Origin: Saccostrea echinata
Taxonomy: Eukaryota
Assembly: GCF_033153115.1 (NCBI RefSeq)
Contig: NW_026889757.1
Coordinates: 6,696,001-6,760,000 of the forward strand
DNA length: 64,000 nt
Reading direction: 5' to 3'
Below are positions 32,401 through 47,400 of this stretch, piece after piece. The notes under the pieces are model-generated. The model ran no database searches. It saw only the letters and a program-made list of their open reading frames with translations, and was not told the origin of the DNA. The first letter of the stretch is position 1; each line of letters starts with the position of its first letter. A program made the translations under genes and the position numbers.

Positions 32401-35400
32401 ATTCTTAAAAATCACCAGTTAATATGCAATACAGTAGTAATACTGTACAAGTGGAACAGTCATTAAATAGATTATCTTATTTTTTTTATTCCTAGCAGTG
32501 TGCATCCCTAATAAGTACTGTATATAAAATAATTGTCCGTGCTATGATAAACCTCATGCCATAACCTTGAAGTTTTTATGAAGATGACAGACTTGAATGA
32601 CAGGAGAAAAAGACTATTTTTATGAAGAGGAAACTGGATGAAATAGCTAATATTCTGAGAGAGCTGTTTTTATATAGATTAAAACTTTTGAGCAATACAG
32701 TATGATATATCTGTTGCATTTTTTTGATACTGATGTCATTATATCAAAATTAAAATTTTGTGCCAGGAGATCTGAAATGTATTTTTATTCTAACAAAGGG
32801 AATAACTTGCTCAAAAGTTCTAGTGCTAATACTTATCATGATAAAAACATACTCATTCCCTGATCTGGAATTAAATTATCAATTGACATTTTATGTAGTG
32901 GTCATTTTAAATCCTGTAAATCCCAATCACCAAAATTATAGAACATGCTCAAATCCAATACAATAAATTCAATTTAATAAGCCAACATCAAATCACAATT
33001 AGTTGATGTGAGTGCACAGAAAAAAAAAAATAAACGGGCATAAAATGCATATTCAAATTATCACATTATAAATCAATCAGATTCATAATTAGAATAATTA
33101 ACTTCATTATTTAAAAAAAAAAATCCAACATAAAAATGAAATTAAACTTGGCTAACATGTTCTTTCCCTGTCACTGAGAGCAATTCTGACTTAATGAGGT
33201 CATGAGAACACTTTAGACATGGGACACTAGTGCTTACCCAGACTGCCAGTGGTGGAGGGTTTTTCTTTACCTCCCTCTTCTCCTTCATCAAGGTCAGCTG
33301 CCTCATCATCCTGTAAATCATACATCAAAATCCTGTCAATTCTACATCAGAAACCCATAAATTATTCATTAAAATCCTGTAAATTATACATCAAAATCCT
33401 GTAAACATAGTCAAATATATACTGCATCAGCATCTTGTTAAATGGTTGGCATTTTTTATCTAGTTTAAGAGACAAGTACACATATTCCAGTAACATTTTA
33501 CAACACAGGAAGATAAGGATTTAAGATTTGCCAATAAGGCAGTAATTTTTTTTTAAGTGTATATGCCTTAAAATACTTACTGAATGAAATTTTCAAAAAA
33601 AATCCAACAAGTGGCAGTATTACAACATAAGCTCATTCTACCCTTGCTCTTATAACAATGTAAATAATCAGATAAACATAAAAAATCCACATTATTGAAC
33701 ATTGTCAAAGCAAATTTACATTCAAAAAGTAACAAATTCCTGGCATTTAATAATGCCAGTGTAAACTGTCTGTAACAGAAGTGATCTCAAGCTCTTTGAT
33801 TTAAATTTGGCTATAAAAATACACCCAAACCTATAATTTGTAATGATAAATACAGTATTCAATTACATGTACTATTCCACATATGAGAACACTTGTGTAG
33901 ACCAATATGCTGGAAGCAGAACATCAAATACAAGTGTATTGTAAAAGCATCCCCCCTTTTTTTTCTTGAGATTTTCCCCTCATTGTTTGCAAAAAAGGAA
34001 AGATAACTGAAAAGTAAATGCAAAACTGAAAAAAGAACATAATTTTTCAAAATGACACCAAAAAAAAACATCTGCAATGAGAAGCAACTGACATTGTGAA
34101 AATGACTCACTCGTCTATAACTCTGCTGATGTAGCATACTAAGTAACATCTACAGTAAAACATGACCATTACTAAGACTACCTTAATAAAGGGAATGCTT
34201 ATGCAACAGTTTCAAAAGAGTACTGCAAAAGCAGATTGTAAGTATAGTAATGATGAAAAAAACAATCACTAAAAGGAAAGTTTACTTGTACAACAATACA
34301 CATTCATCTTTTCAGGATAAGGATAGAGTAAATAGGTACAAGTATGATTGTACTTAATCTGAACACTTACAGCTGTTGTGATGCCTGGCCTCTGTGTACC
34401 CTCCATTTCAGCTTTACGAGCCTGTAAACAAAAATCAATAATTACTCAAGCAATGAAAAAAGCTCTATATACAAATATCCAGTTCTATAGATACTTACAA
34501 CTACCTACATGTATTCCATTTTAAGCTTTTAATAACTTAAAATATTCAAAGTTTTTATAATTAATCATATATCATACATTTTAGCAAATAATTGAAAAAT
34601 CCTTGCAGTTCTTGCCAGTTGTAAATTATTGTACTTACTGCGATATCAGCTAGTTCAATCTTCCTGCGAGTTGTAACAATTTGTAACTGTTTTTCTGCAG
34701 CAGCTGATCTTTTCCTCATTGGAAAGTTGCTAACCTCCAGTGATGTAAAAAATGCCTAAAATATTTCAAAAATCTCTAAATGAAACTGTTAGAACTTGAC
34801 TTACTTTTTTATGATAGAATATAATTGTACAATCAAGTTATAAATTGAAAATATTGAACATTATCTTATTAAAGGATCATTCATACATGTATCTAACTCA
34901 CACATCAACTATTGCACATTTATGTTGCAATTTATACTTTTAAAATATCACTCATTCTTTTCTGTGAACCTTGTGGCTTACCTGTAATACTTTTTATACC
35001 TGAAAAGCCTTTGACCTTTGACATACCTGAAAAGCTCAACCTCTGACTTACCTGAATAGCTCGACCTTTGACATTCATTTCATCCCAGCATTCTCTTTTG
35101 ATCATTTCCCTCAAATAAATCTTGGCCAAGTTTTCAAATTCTATTTCTTCTCTAACCTAGAAATTGAGATTTAAAGTTTACACAGATAGGTTTCTAATTT
35201 TTACCATAGATATTTCTCGTATTTTACCATGTTAGTATAAAAGATTTTTCAAACAAAAAAATACTGATCTATTTTTTTTTATCAAAATCACTTCAAGCAT
35301 GCAATTATGTAATAAATATTTATTCAATCCCTTTCAAATAATCAGATGAGAGTTGGGACTTACCCTGTTGACTTCAGCATCAGCTTCTGCTTGGAGACGG

Positions 35401-38400
35401 TTTTGTTCCTCAATGTCAAGGTCAAACTCATGGCGACCTAGTTTCTCAATATCTGGCAGAGTCTCGTTTTGCTTCAGCATCCCTTGAATCTGAAAAACAA
35501 GAAATAAAAAGTTAATACATGTATATATGAACAAAAAAGTTTGGCTTTTTGTTGGCTTTAAGATTTTTCCAAGTTATGAATGCAAGTTCAACAGATTTGA
35601 ATCAAATGATATAGTCAATACCCCATTTCTTTTGGGAGGGGAGAGGGGGTGTGTGTCACTGTCCATTGTTTGACTTTAACGTTGAAAATCTTAGAACATG
35701 CATGAGAATTTAATTTGTAAAAGTTATAAAATTTGCAGTTTGTGAATTACTCAGAGAAGATAAAACATGCAAGCTTTAACACTTTAATCTCAGTTACGTC
35801 CTGAATTGTCTCACCGTTCTTCTCATATCCCTAATTTGAACCCTCAAGTCCTGTTTGACACTTGCAAACTCATTGTCTTCTTCTTTTATTGACTAAAATA
35901 TCAAAACATACATGCAGTTGTATGACATAAGCAAAACTTTAAATTAAAAAAAAATAGGAGGAATTTAAGAAGTTGATTCATGAATACTTAATAGATATGA
36001 TGTAATTATGCCAATGATAACCCTCTAAACCTCAATTTATCTATAAAAAAATAAACTGAGAGGCCACATGATACTCAAGAGCATTTTACTTTGACATTTT
36101 TTATATCAAATTTGTTACACTCTAGGGCTTTTTGTCAAATTAATTTATGCCTAAGAAATATACATAACAGTTTTTATGAAAATATTGATCAACATGTTTC
36201 ACTATATATAACCACATACAAAAAAAATTATTCAAATTTTAATAGTTAATTATAACTTTTCTCTATTCCTAGATTAAGGAAGACAGAATAAATGTATCAT
36301 AGAGAGTTATGGGACTTACTTCTAACTCTTGTACTTGTTGCCAAGTGGCATCACTAGGAGCTACAGGTGTTGGAGTGCGGTAGATTTCATCAGTCTCAAG
36401 AGCCTTCTCCAAAGCCTTTTTCTCCTGCAAACATGATACATGTCATATAAAGGTAATTACTAATGAAAATTATTAAAGGAAGGTGGATGCACACACACAC
36501 ACACTCTCTCTCTCTCTCTCTCTTGGTGAAATGGTACTTTATATCAATGAAGTTGGTTAAGGGGAGGGGTTAAGCCTACCTATTTTGAGCAACAGAGTGT
36601 TTATAGTATCATCATAAGTCAAATAAAACCCCACCAATTGATCAAGCTCTACAAATATCTTAAGCCTACATGTATTTCATCTTTTAATTTTTTTTTCACC
36701 AATCTCCAAATAAGATTAAAAATATATCACTACAAAACTAAATTCAATACCCTTTTTCTTTCATTTTATTTATTTATCATTATTATTATTATTTTTTTTT
36801 TTTTTGGTAACAAAAATATCATTACAAAACTAAATTCAATACCCCCTTTCTTTTATTTTTATTTATCTATTTATTATAATTTTTTTTTTTTGGTAACTAC
36901 GTTGAAAAATAATCCAACAAACTATCCTGGGAGAACTCAACACATTTAACAGAGCACTCATAGGTAATTTTTTAAAAAATATTGCATGATTTTTTCAAAG
37001 AAAGAAATATACCCTTTCTCTGTGAAAAAAATCACAATGGAAAATGTAGAATAAGAAAGCTGAATTGCTCCTCAACTGTATCATATCCAAATACTCCCAA
37101 AAAACCTCTTAATTCAGATATACACTCTCATGGAAATTGGAATCGTATCAACTCATGATTTAGAGAGTACATGATTGTAGGTACCTTTTCTGCCTGAGTT
37201 ATTTCCCCTGATACAGGTCTAGAGGTGGAAGGAGCAGTGTATTCTGGGAAATTTCTGACAACCTCATCTTCATCTTTCTGGATCTGCATCAATCTTGTCT
37301 TACGTGCTCTGGCTGCTTCCATGGCTGACTTTGCCTTACCAATTCCAGTGGAAGAGAAGCTGTGGCGATCAGATCGAATTCAAAATTAATTCACATTGAA
37401 TATACATGGTAGTACAATATGTTCTTGTATTCTGCCTTTATGTAATTGTAAAATTTTACAAAAAAAATGACATTTTGTGTCCTCAGCCAGTACATATCAC
37501 CTGTATGACTTATAATAAAAGCAAATTTAGGTTGCTAGCCTGCTGATACATATTAACTTTATGAAATACACAGACATTGAATAAGTGATGTAAATTAAGG
37601 GTTACACTTTTTGCTTAAAAGCATTTATGCAGGTTTAACTTACTTCCATGAGTAACAACAAAGAACACCATCAAATCCTGTTGTAAATATGTTCTGTGCA
37701 TCGTCAGCAAATGCCACAATCCTGACACCTCCCAGATGGTAGTCATGAGGATTTATAACTACAAACCTGTCCTGTAATGTATGTCACATCAAGATTCAGA
37801 TTTTGTTCTCAGAATGCAAGACAAATTTCAAGCTAATAGAATTTAAAACAAAGCAAAATTATAGCTCTCATGATCAATATTTGTCCCCTTAATCTAGCTT
37901 GTAGTACATGTATGTAACTATAATAAATTCATACAGTATATATAATAGAACCTACTAGTGTTCCCAAAGCACGGAGCTGTACAGCACCATCTGTACCGCA
38001 GCTGGCAAGCCATTTACCATGAGGAGACAACTGTAACTTGCCTCCAGGAAATTGATGGGAATCAAACTCAGCCTCAGGAAACAATTCATTTGGTTTCCCC
38101 TGGAAGAACAGTGATTATTTATCAATGTGTACATAATTTTTTATAACAGTCTTTTAATTTAATATATTTCTTCTATTATCAAAATATATCAAACAACTTT
38201 ATAAATATATGACTTTGACTATTTTTATGACTTTGATGTAACACAAGCATAAGAGTGAAATATTTAGTAGATTAACATAAACTTCATGATTTTATAAAAT
38301 AAGTTGGTTAATTTTCCACTTGGTTAAGAAAAACAAGACTTTTCCTGAAGTACATGTATTAGTAAAACACAGAAATGTAATAATACAAACATTCACCTCA

Positions 38401-41400
38401 TATATTTGAGGCACAAACACTCAGGTTATACTGTACATTGTTTGATTTTTTAATCACTAAATATCCAAGATCCCTCCTAATACTAATTAACTAATTAAAA
38501 AAATATTATTTCATGAAAAGTCCTTAAAGTTGTAAATATTAAATATACATGTACTTATCGAACGATTAATTTTTTTAACTGTGATGGATTAGCTTTTTTA
38601 AAAAGAATCAACATTACAGAGAGCAACTCCACCTGCATTAAAACATTAATCTGTTTATTTTTGTATGTAGAAGATTGACAGATTTAAGTCACATGACATC
38701 TCTACAACAAACTGCAGTTGCTAAGAACACTTAGTAAAGCCATAGCTTCACCTTACCCTCTTAAACAAAGTTTCACTATCGATAAGTTCTTCCTCATCTT
38801 CCTCCAAGATTGCATCATCTGACTAATGTGTCAACCAATCAAATTGAATATTTGTTTTAAAAAAAATTGTCACAGTTCTTTTTATCTTAATTACATTACC
38901 TGATCAGTTGTCTGGGTAGATAATTATAGCTCACAAAACAAAAGCAGGTCTAAATACTGTGGTTGTGTAGGCATTACTTATGCAAAGATGTGTTTCAGTC
39001 TCAGTAGAAGAAATTCTATCATGGGATTTATAAAATATATATCATTTTAAATCTATTTTCTCTCACCCTTGACCCTTATTTTGCAGACAGTTCCTGCATG
39101 AATTTGGTTATCATTTAATCTATGATTACATTTTGATATCTCCTTATACCAATTATAGTGATCCAATAAATAACCCATAATGTATCTTTTTTGCTAGCAA
39201 CTATAAAAAGCCCAAAAATCATAAGCATAAATAAATATACTGTAAAGAACTCATCATAACACCAAGTTCAAACTGGCTTGCAATGTATTTAATTAAAGCT
39301 TCATTGAACAATGAACAAGTACTATCAAGTTACAAACCATGTGTATATGCATATGGTCCTCCTAGAAATCACGGCCAAAATATTATAATTAAAATAAGGT
39401 GAATTTAAGAAAATGAAAAACAACTTAGAGGTTCATGAAATAAAAGTAACCAAAAAATTACATATAACATGTGACACTTGGGCAAAGTGATTGGTAGAGG
39501 ACACAATTGTGCCAAACATATTTTAGTGACATGCATAGGTTTCAGTAGTGTAGGGGATATTTGGACACTTCTGTGAAAATAAACGATATCAAGTTTTCTA
39601 CCTCCACCAAAATAGTCTTCTTTACTCCATGTTCTACAATCTCAACCTCTACCTTTTGGGGAAAATTATGGCAATTTCAGTTTTAAACACATAATTTCTT
39701 AATCCCTAATATGTCCATTTTTAGAATTTTTCAGGAGAAATACTATTAAATTTTTGTGTTTCATTAATTTTTATTAAAATCAGCTGATGAAATATCTTGC
39801 AAATAACAGAAAATATTATTTTAAGGATCATATATTGCAAGTTAAACTATAATAATAAATCTGAATTACATACATCAATATAACCCTATAGCCTACCAAA
39901 CTGTCACTTAAATAACATTAACATCCAGATTAGTATCTCATTATCTTATTCTTCACTTAATCATGAAAGTTAAATTTATGCTATGATTTATGTACCTTCT
40001 TTGGAAGCTCTTCAGGAAGTGAGAACTGATACAGTTTTCTAGAGACTTGTCCCATACTGAAGAATGTATTCTCATCTGCCAAGGCAGCCCCATAACCAGG
40101 AATGGGCATTTTCAGAATCATCCGCTTGATGGAAACATCCTTAAAGTCGTACTTCAAGCTGTTGACATTACTCCTCAAATCTGTGGAAAGGGAAAAACAC
40201 ATTTAATTATCATAGATATACCCCTTATCATTATCAACTTTCACAGTACTAGTGTAGAAGACATTTTATGCAACATGAGTAATCTGCTCTGGAAACTCAA
40301 TTATTGAATTCAAACTTGTCGAGTACCAAGTGATATGACAGGTATTTTTCTTTAAATTACTTTCTTGAAAATTCACATGGAAATGCTGTTTTTCTTTAAG
40401 GATTTCAATGAACAGATAACTACTAAGCATATTTTTTAACACCAAAAAAAAAAAAAAAAAAAAAGAAGAAGCATAAATAAATATTTTATTCAGATTTCAA
40501 TAAAAGGACTTTCACTCTTTTTTCTTGCTATAGACATTTTCTTTTCTCTGCTTGAAATATGAAATTCTCTGCCAGTTTCAGTGATGTGTTCTACCTTTAA
40601 CCATGTCATCTGTAACCTGGAAATAAAGCACTGTATCAGCTCCATTTCTCTTGTTGCCACTCGTGTTAGAGGTGACCACGATCTTTGTGACTGTGTTTGA
40701 GGTGTAGGTAGCAATACACTGTATATCTCCAGGTATAGCTGAAAAAAAAAGAAATTTAAGCTATTATACTTGTATTGATACTTAAATTGATATGATATTT
40801 AAAACTTAAATTGATATTTTAGAACATTTATAAGTTATCTATACAATTCAGTAATTATTTTTATAAAAGCATTTTCATTCTGGTGCCTTTTGATATGCAT
40901 TGAAATATAAAAATTTGATTTCAATGATTATTTTCATCTGCTATCCTGTATAAAGCAATAGGAACAAATTCCAATTTATGATAGAATACCTACTTTTTAG
41001 CACCTGGTCTACAGTGATACAGTGAAAAGATGGATAATGTGTTATTGCTATTGTGGACACTTACTTGTGTATCCAATGGGTTTGAAGTTGACTGAAGCTC
41101 TACCATCTACTACAAACACATGTCCATCATCTGACCCAGTCACCAGGTATTTCCCTTCAGATTCATACCTAAAATGAAATCAAAATAGTAAAATATCAGA
41201 ACTCACAAACTTTAAGATTTGATATCACAATTTTCAGACAACTCCTTGAAGATATATTCTGTTTTTTATTAAAACTAGGAACACTGAAAAGTCACTTTTC
41301 AAAAAAAAAAAAAAAAAACAGCAAAAAAAAAAAAAAAAAAAACAAAACAAAACAAAACAAAACCTCAATCTTTTTCATAAGTTTGAAGTAATCAAAGAAC

Positions 41401-44400
41401 CAAATTAAAACATGTGTTTTTATCTTTTATACTTTTTTTTAATTTCCAGTGGTGAAACTTTAAATTTCAGTGTATAAATTTAATATCGTACATGAGGTGT
41501 GTAAGTGGTCCCTGATAAAGTCTGGTTGCTGTGACAAGCCTAGGTTTCTTAGGAAAAGTCAGATCCACATAGTAAACATGGCCACTGATGGTTCCCACGG
41601 CAGCAACATGAACCATTGGGCAACAAGACAGACACAAAGCCTATGAACAGAAAAAAATTACACATGGTAAAGATTGTCTGTATACATGTATGTGCAATGC
41701 ATTGACTGGACCAGAAATCCTATTTACCAACTATAACAGAATATATTTTTATTATCTGTTAAAGTTCATATTAGTTGTAGCTTTTTTTAAATTGTACAAT
41801 CAACATGATACTGAATTTTTGTTTCGTTAATAGCCATATATCCATGTTAAATATACAGCTACGAGTACTCACCTGTACTCCCAGAGACACAGACGAGATG
41901 AGCTGACCTTTGTCTATTGTCCAAACCTGAAGCTCTCCATCTTCTCTTATGGACTACAAGGTCAAAAAGTTCAAAGGTCAACAAAGTACAATTTACAGCA
42001 TCCACAATAAAACTTTTTAATGTAGCAATTAATATATAATAAATGGATAATAGTTTCTATAAACCCACCACACAGTATTCATTTCCAGCCAGACAAGATA
42101 CACCAACAAAGTTGCCCCAGTGAGTATTCTTTAGATTTTTGACAGAATCTGGTGGTGAGCCCACATCATAGATATGGAGAGTTCCCTAAAAAAAAAACAA
42201 CAACAGATATGAACAAATACTTTACAGGAATCTTATAATAAGTTATAAACATTAAACTCATTTGGTCTTAACAAGTAGCAGAAAAAATTCAATCAAATAG
42301 TCTCATTGACTTACTTTGCCTGTAGCTGAAGCTAAATGCCGATAACTTGGGGAAAAGGCCATAGAAGTGACAGGATTTCCAATGGGAATCTGTTCCACAA
42401 CTTTAAATTCCTCTGATTTCAGATCTACTAATCTTATCACACCATCCTGTGTATGAAAAAAACAATTTGAAATAGATACATTTGTCTTAAGGGTACATGA
42501 CTGTATAACTTAATACTGATCTTTACACAATTCATGAGCAGACTCCTGTTTACAAATATAAAACTTTAAAATACCATGAAAAAATGTGTTTGCTTCTTTT
42601 TCAAGTTAAACTTGGGAAACCAGACTAATATATTGGTAGATTACCCTAGCTTGTCAAGATCTCAGAAAAATGTTTAATACTGCAAATAAGCATCAGCAGA
42701 AAGCATTTACTTCAAAGTCTTTGAAATTATTTCAAAATATTTACATTTCCAATGTCTTTGTCCGAAATAAAATTACAAATTGTAAAAATATTTTATTTCT
42801 ACATAAATCTACTGGTTCATCGGTAGGTGCGGTTAAAAAAAAATCACATGTGGGGCGGGACAAATAGAGACAGAAGCGGGACTATTAGCACGGGAATTTG
42901 CAGAATCAGAAGCATGTACATGTAAATATAAGGAATAACTGTCAGATTTTTTGGATTCATGACGATGATCAATCGATTGGCTTGCGTGATAATTTTATGC
43001 ATAAATGCCTTCATCGTTTATGCAAATTATCACGCAAGCCACTCGATTGATCATATCATGAATCCAAAAAATTAGACAGTTATTCCTTAAGTAATACTGT
43101 TTAAAGTGATAACCTCCCCCCCATAAATAAATCAGAAAATGCCAATAATTATATCACAGGCAGTGACTATACATTTTTTTTAATCATAAATATACTGTAA
43201 AGGTAATTTTTTGTAGGGTACGTCATAGTCGATCAAAATCACAATTTCTGTTCAATCTGCAGGTAGAAAATTACATGGATTCCTAGAGTACCATCGTATG
43301 TCTTACTGCACTTTAAGTACGTTGTGATAATTTCAAAAAAAAAAAAAAAAGGGACCATGTACATACCGTAAATTAATCCCATGAGGAAATAAGTATGTCT
43401 GCAGTATGCCTCAATCCCTAGAGGATAAGGTGTACATTTTTTGTGATAAGTATATATAACATCAAGTGTCCATGCATTACCTGTCCAGCCACATAAAGAC
43501 CCTTTTTGTGGAGGGCTACACAATCTGCTCCTCCCTCCAGTATCATATCTTTCACTTCATCAGCTGCAAACAAAAGGAAACATATCAATTTGTATTACAA
43601 GTTGTACTGACTGGTATCAATACTACATGTATTTTTTTTTTTTTTATAGATGAAACAAGTTAAAATACTGGTAATTACTGCTGCAAATCTACTAAACAAA
43701 CTTATCAGTTACAGTTTTTATTTAGATTTAATTTGTTGGTTAGTTTAAGCATGATTTTCTTTTTAATCAATTTGTAATGATTGATCTTGTTTTATTTTAT
43801 TTTTTTAATTTGGAACACTGGTTAAACTACCTGTACTGAATCACTTTCATATATTAGGAAATAAATTTGATGTGTGTGCCCAGTATTACCTTGAAAATGA
43901 ACTGTCCTTACAAATTCTAAGAAATACAAGCTAAACAATGAAAGGGAAAAAAATATGGGCATTTCAAAAGCCCCAACTCCCTTTTCATAGTAACTTTTTT
44001 TTAAAACAAAAAATCATAATACCTCAAAATATTTTTAAGACCTCACAAGATTTTGAGATAATTGTAAAAAAAAAATATCATGAAGGGTTATTTTGACAAG
44101 TATGAATATATGATTTGAAATGAAGAGATAAAAAAATGTGTGTTTAAATTTATCTAATTTGAACCTTATCAACCACATTTGCATTAGTAGCAATCACATA
44201 TTTGATGATCACCAAAATAAATCCCATCTAAATTAGTACGCTATAACAATATAAGGAGCACATTGTAATGTAAACATACAATTCATCTCTACAATACATG
44301 ATTACAATAAAAATTTAATGTGTTCTTTATGAAATTATATATGACCGTTTAACTGAGACATTACACACAACTGATTACATGTAATTTCATTGCCTTCCAT

Positions 44401-47400
44401 TGAAATCACACTTCTAGTATTTCTAATACCTAATGTTCTAACAATTATCAATAAGACAAAAACTTCACTTCAGATCTGACATTAGTGAAATCCATTTTTC
44501 TATTCACATGTATGACTAGGCAATTGTTACTAGCACAAACATAATAACGACTAGCTCACCATATCTTGTCTTCTTCTTGACTACAAATGTCATTTACCAT
44601 TGTAAATGAATTATAATGTACATGTAGAAATATTTATATTGAATATTAAGATGTAAACACTTTTGCAAAAAAATAATATAAAATAAATCAATGGGCACTT
44701 CTGTCTTGTTTTAAACTTTGCAACATACTGGCATATTTTGTATATATGTCTAATCTACTTTATATATAGTATTTCTTTTGATTTTTTATTGATTTATCAG
44801 TTTTAATTAAAAAAAAAAGAAGAAATTCAATTAACCAATTTAGAAATACACATATATCAATTTGAAAAAAAAATCTATCATGAAAATCTTCCTTCAAAAT
44901 TAAAAATGCAGAGTAGGTTTTTTTTTTAAAAAATAAACATTAAAATCAATGACCTTGAACTCCCTTCATAACCTTTAACCTCTAGGTAATATTACCTGTT
45001 GGTAAGTCCAGTTGGGAGTTGTAACGACTCGCAGCACTAGTGGCTCTGGAATTTGGGGCGCTGGCTGGAGGAATTGGGCAGTACAAAACCTTGGCCTTGT
45101 AAATCTCACCATCTACCTATTAATTATGATAAGAATTATAGTGATAAAGCAACATTAATATCATTGATATTTACACTAAAATTTGTCATACATGTATCAT
45201 CATCAATCAAAACTGCATAAAGCTAAAATTTAGGATATAAAATGCATTTCTTTTTTGTTCTTATAAATGTAACTACAGTAGTTATCAAACAATACATATT
45301 CCCTCTATGAGTATGACAAAAATTACTTAAACACTGTATTCAAAGCATATTTTCATGAAAAGCAAATTTGTTCTGGATATTTTCCAGAAAATATTTTCTA
45401 TTCAATTGATATGTTAAGCATGGAATGCACAATAGCCTAGTGCCAGATTAATTTCCACACATTTTGCAAGGAATTTATCAATTTTTGGACATTGTACATT
45501 GAAATGGGTTTATTTTTCATTTTTAACATGAACACGGAACTGCAATTCTCATTTTATTAGTTCCATTGAATGAAAAAAAAAAACTATAATCAGAAGAAAT
45601 ATGCCAGAGTTTTTTTTTGATGAACATCTTAGCTACAGGGAATAAGGCATATAAAACCAAAACAAACAAAAAAAAAACTTCTTTAAACATAATTTGCTAT
45701 TAAATGTAATAGATTTTGAATATGAATTTCAAAACAAGGACAATTTTAAACTTACTGTGCAATTTGCACCAACAAAGAATACACGTTTATTATGAAGAAA
45801 AGATATTTTTGATAAAAAATTAATATATGTATTGCAGATTCTAGTGGCCTGACCAAGAGCTGTCAGCACTGTCCAAAAATCATTTACAATCCAGCAGAGA
45901 TTTTAACATCCACTAAATACTTTTTTGAAAAGGTTAATCTTACAATAAATTGATTTTTTTAAAAAATATTTTATTAAAAAGATAAAAAACAAACAAACAA
46001 AAACCCACTAAATCAGAGGATTAAAAATTTACATGACAAAAATTACACGTATACATACAATCAATCCCTACCCTTAAAATTTGACCTCCTTTACATCCCA
46101 CAAAAACATCACCACTGGGAGACCAGGTATGAGAAAGGGGAACTACACGGGGAGTGGTGTCCTGGATTTCTTCTAAAGTTTCAGCTTTCTCCCCTATAAG
46201 CCCAGCGATAGCTGCTTTGGGAAGTTCAACGGTGTACCTGGTCATCCGTGTTGATGCTCGGGTAGGAATATCTCTCTCTTTTTCGTCATCAAAGTTCAGT
46301 GATGGATTTTCAGCTGGCAATTTTACTTTTCTATTTAAAATAATATATGCTTATAATAGAAAATTACAACATTACATAAAAATATCATCAGTTACAAGCA
46401 GGATGGGATCTTTTTTTCTTCACTGTGTGTTACTTAGTACATATATCAAAATTATATTTCATTAGCTTTATATGACCATATAAATATAATGTTCTCTTTC
46501 TTTTTCATCTAATACATACATGTATGTTATGCTGTCTATCTGTAAGTACTGTTTATGATTTAATTTTCCTAGACAGCAAATTCTGAAGATACTATAATAA
46601 CCAATAAAAAAGTAGAGAAATCCTTACTGAGGCAGTAAAACATATTTATTATCACTCTGTTCTGTGTTCCAAACTGTCATCAGTTTCTCAGTGGTAACAC
46701 AAATTTGCCTCCAGTTTCCAGGGTTAAAGGTCAAACAAGTCACTGGATCTGATGTAATGTCTACAGTTGTTAACTTGGTTCCATCTGTGTACCGCCTAAA
46801 ATAGAGGGAAAATATAATTAACTTTAGGAAAGTAATATTTAAAAAGTTGCCACTATAGGAAACACATGACATGTGCATCTCTCATTTTAGCTTGTCATTT
46901 CATATCACTTTGTATGCAGCAATTGTTTTCTTATGAAAAAAAAAATCATATACAGTGTACATGTAACTAATGCCGATACATATTATTCATTCATAAAATG
47001 AGGACATTCTTCACAATTTACATAACCTGTACTGGTATATCACATATCCGTTTTTGACCTAATATATTTAAACAATAACAGACTTGAAGTGGTATGTTTA
47101 CAGAAAAGTTATGCCTTCTGTATATCATTCTGGATATTTGCAATATTCTGTTTCACTCACCACAGAATGAGCTGAAATTCAGGAATACCAGTGAGTGTTG
47201 CAAGATATTCACTGTGTGAGAAAGCCATCGTTCTGTACTCCAGCTTAGCTCCATCTGCAGAAAGCAATTCCATAATCAATTTCTTTTTCATTTCAATCAA
47301 GCTCACAAAATTTATCTCTTTAGTGTGAATTTCATTTAAGGCAGTGCTACAGACCATTCTCATTTACACAGATCATCAAATTCTTTGAAATGTTACTCAA

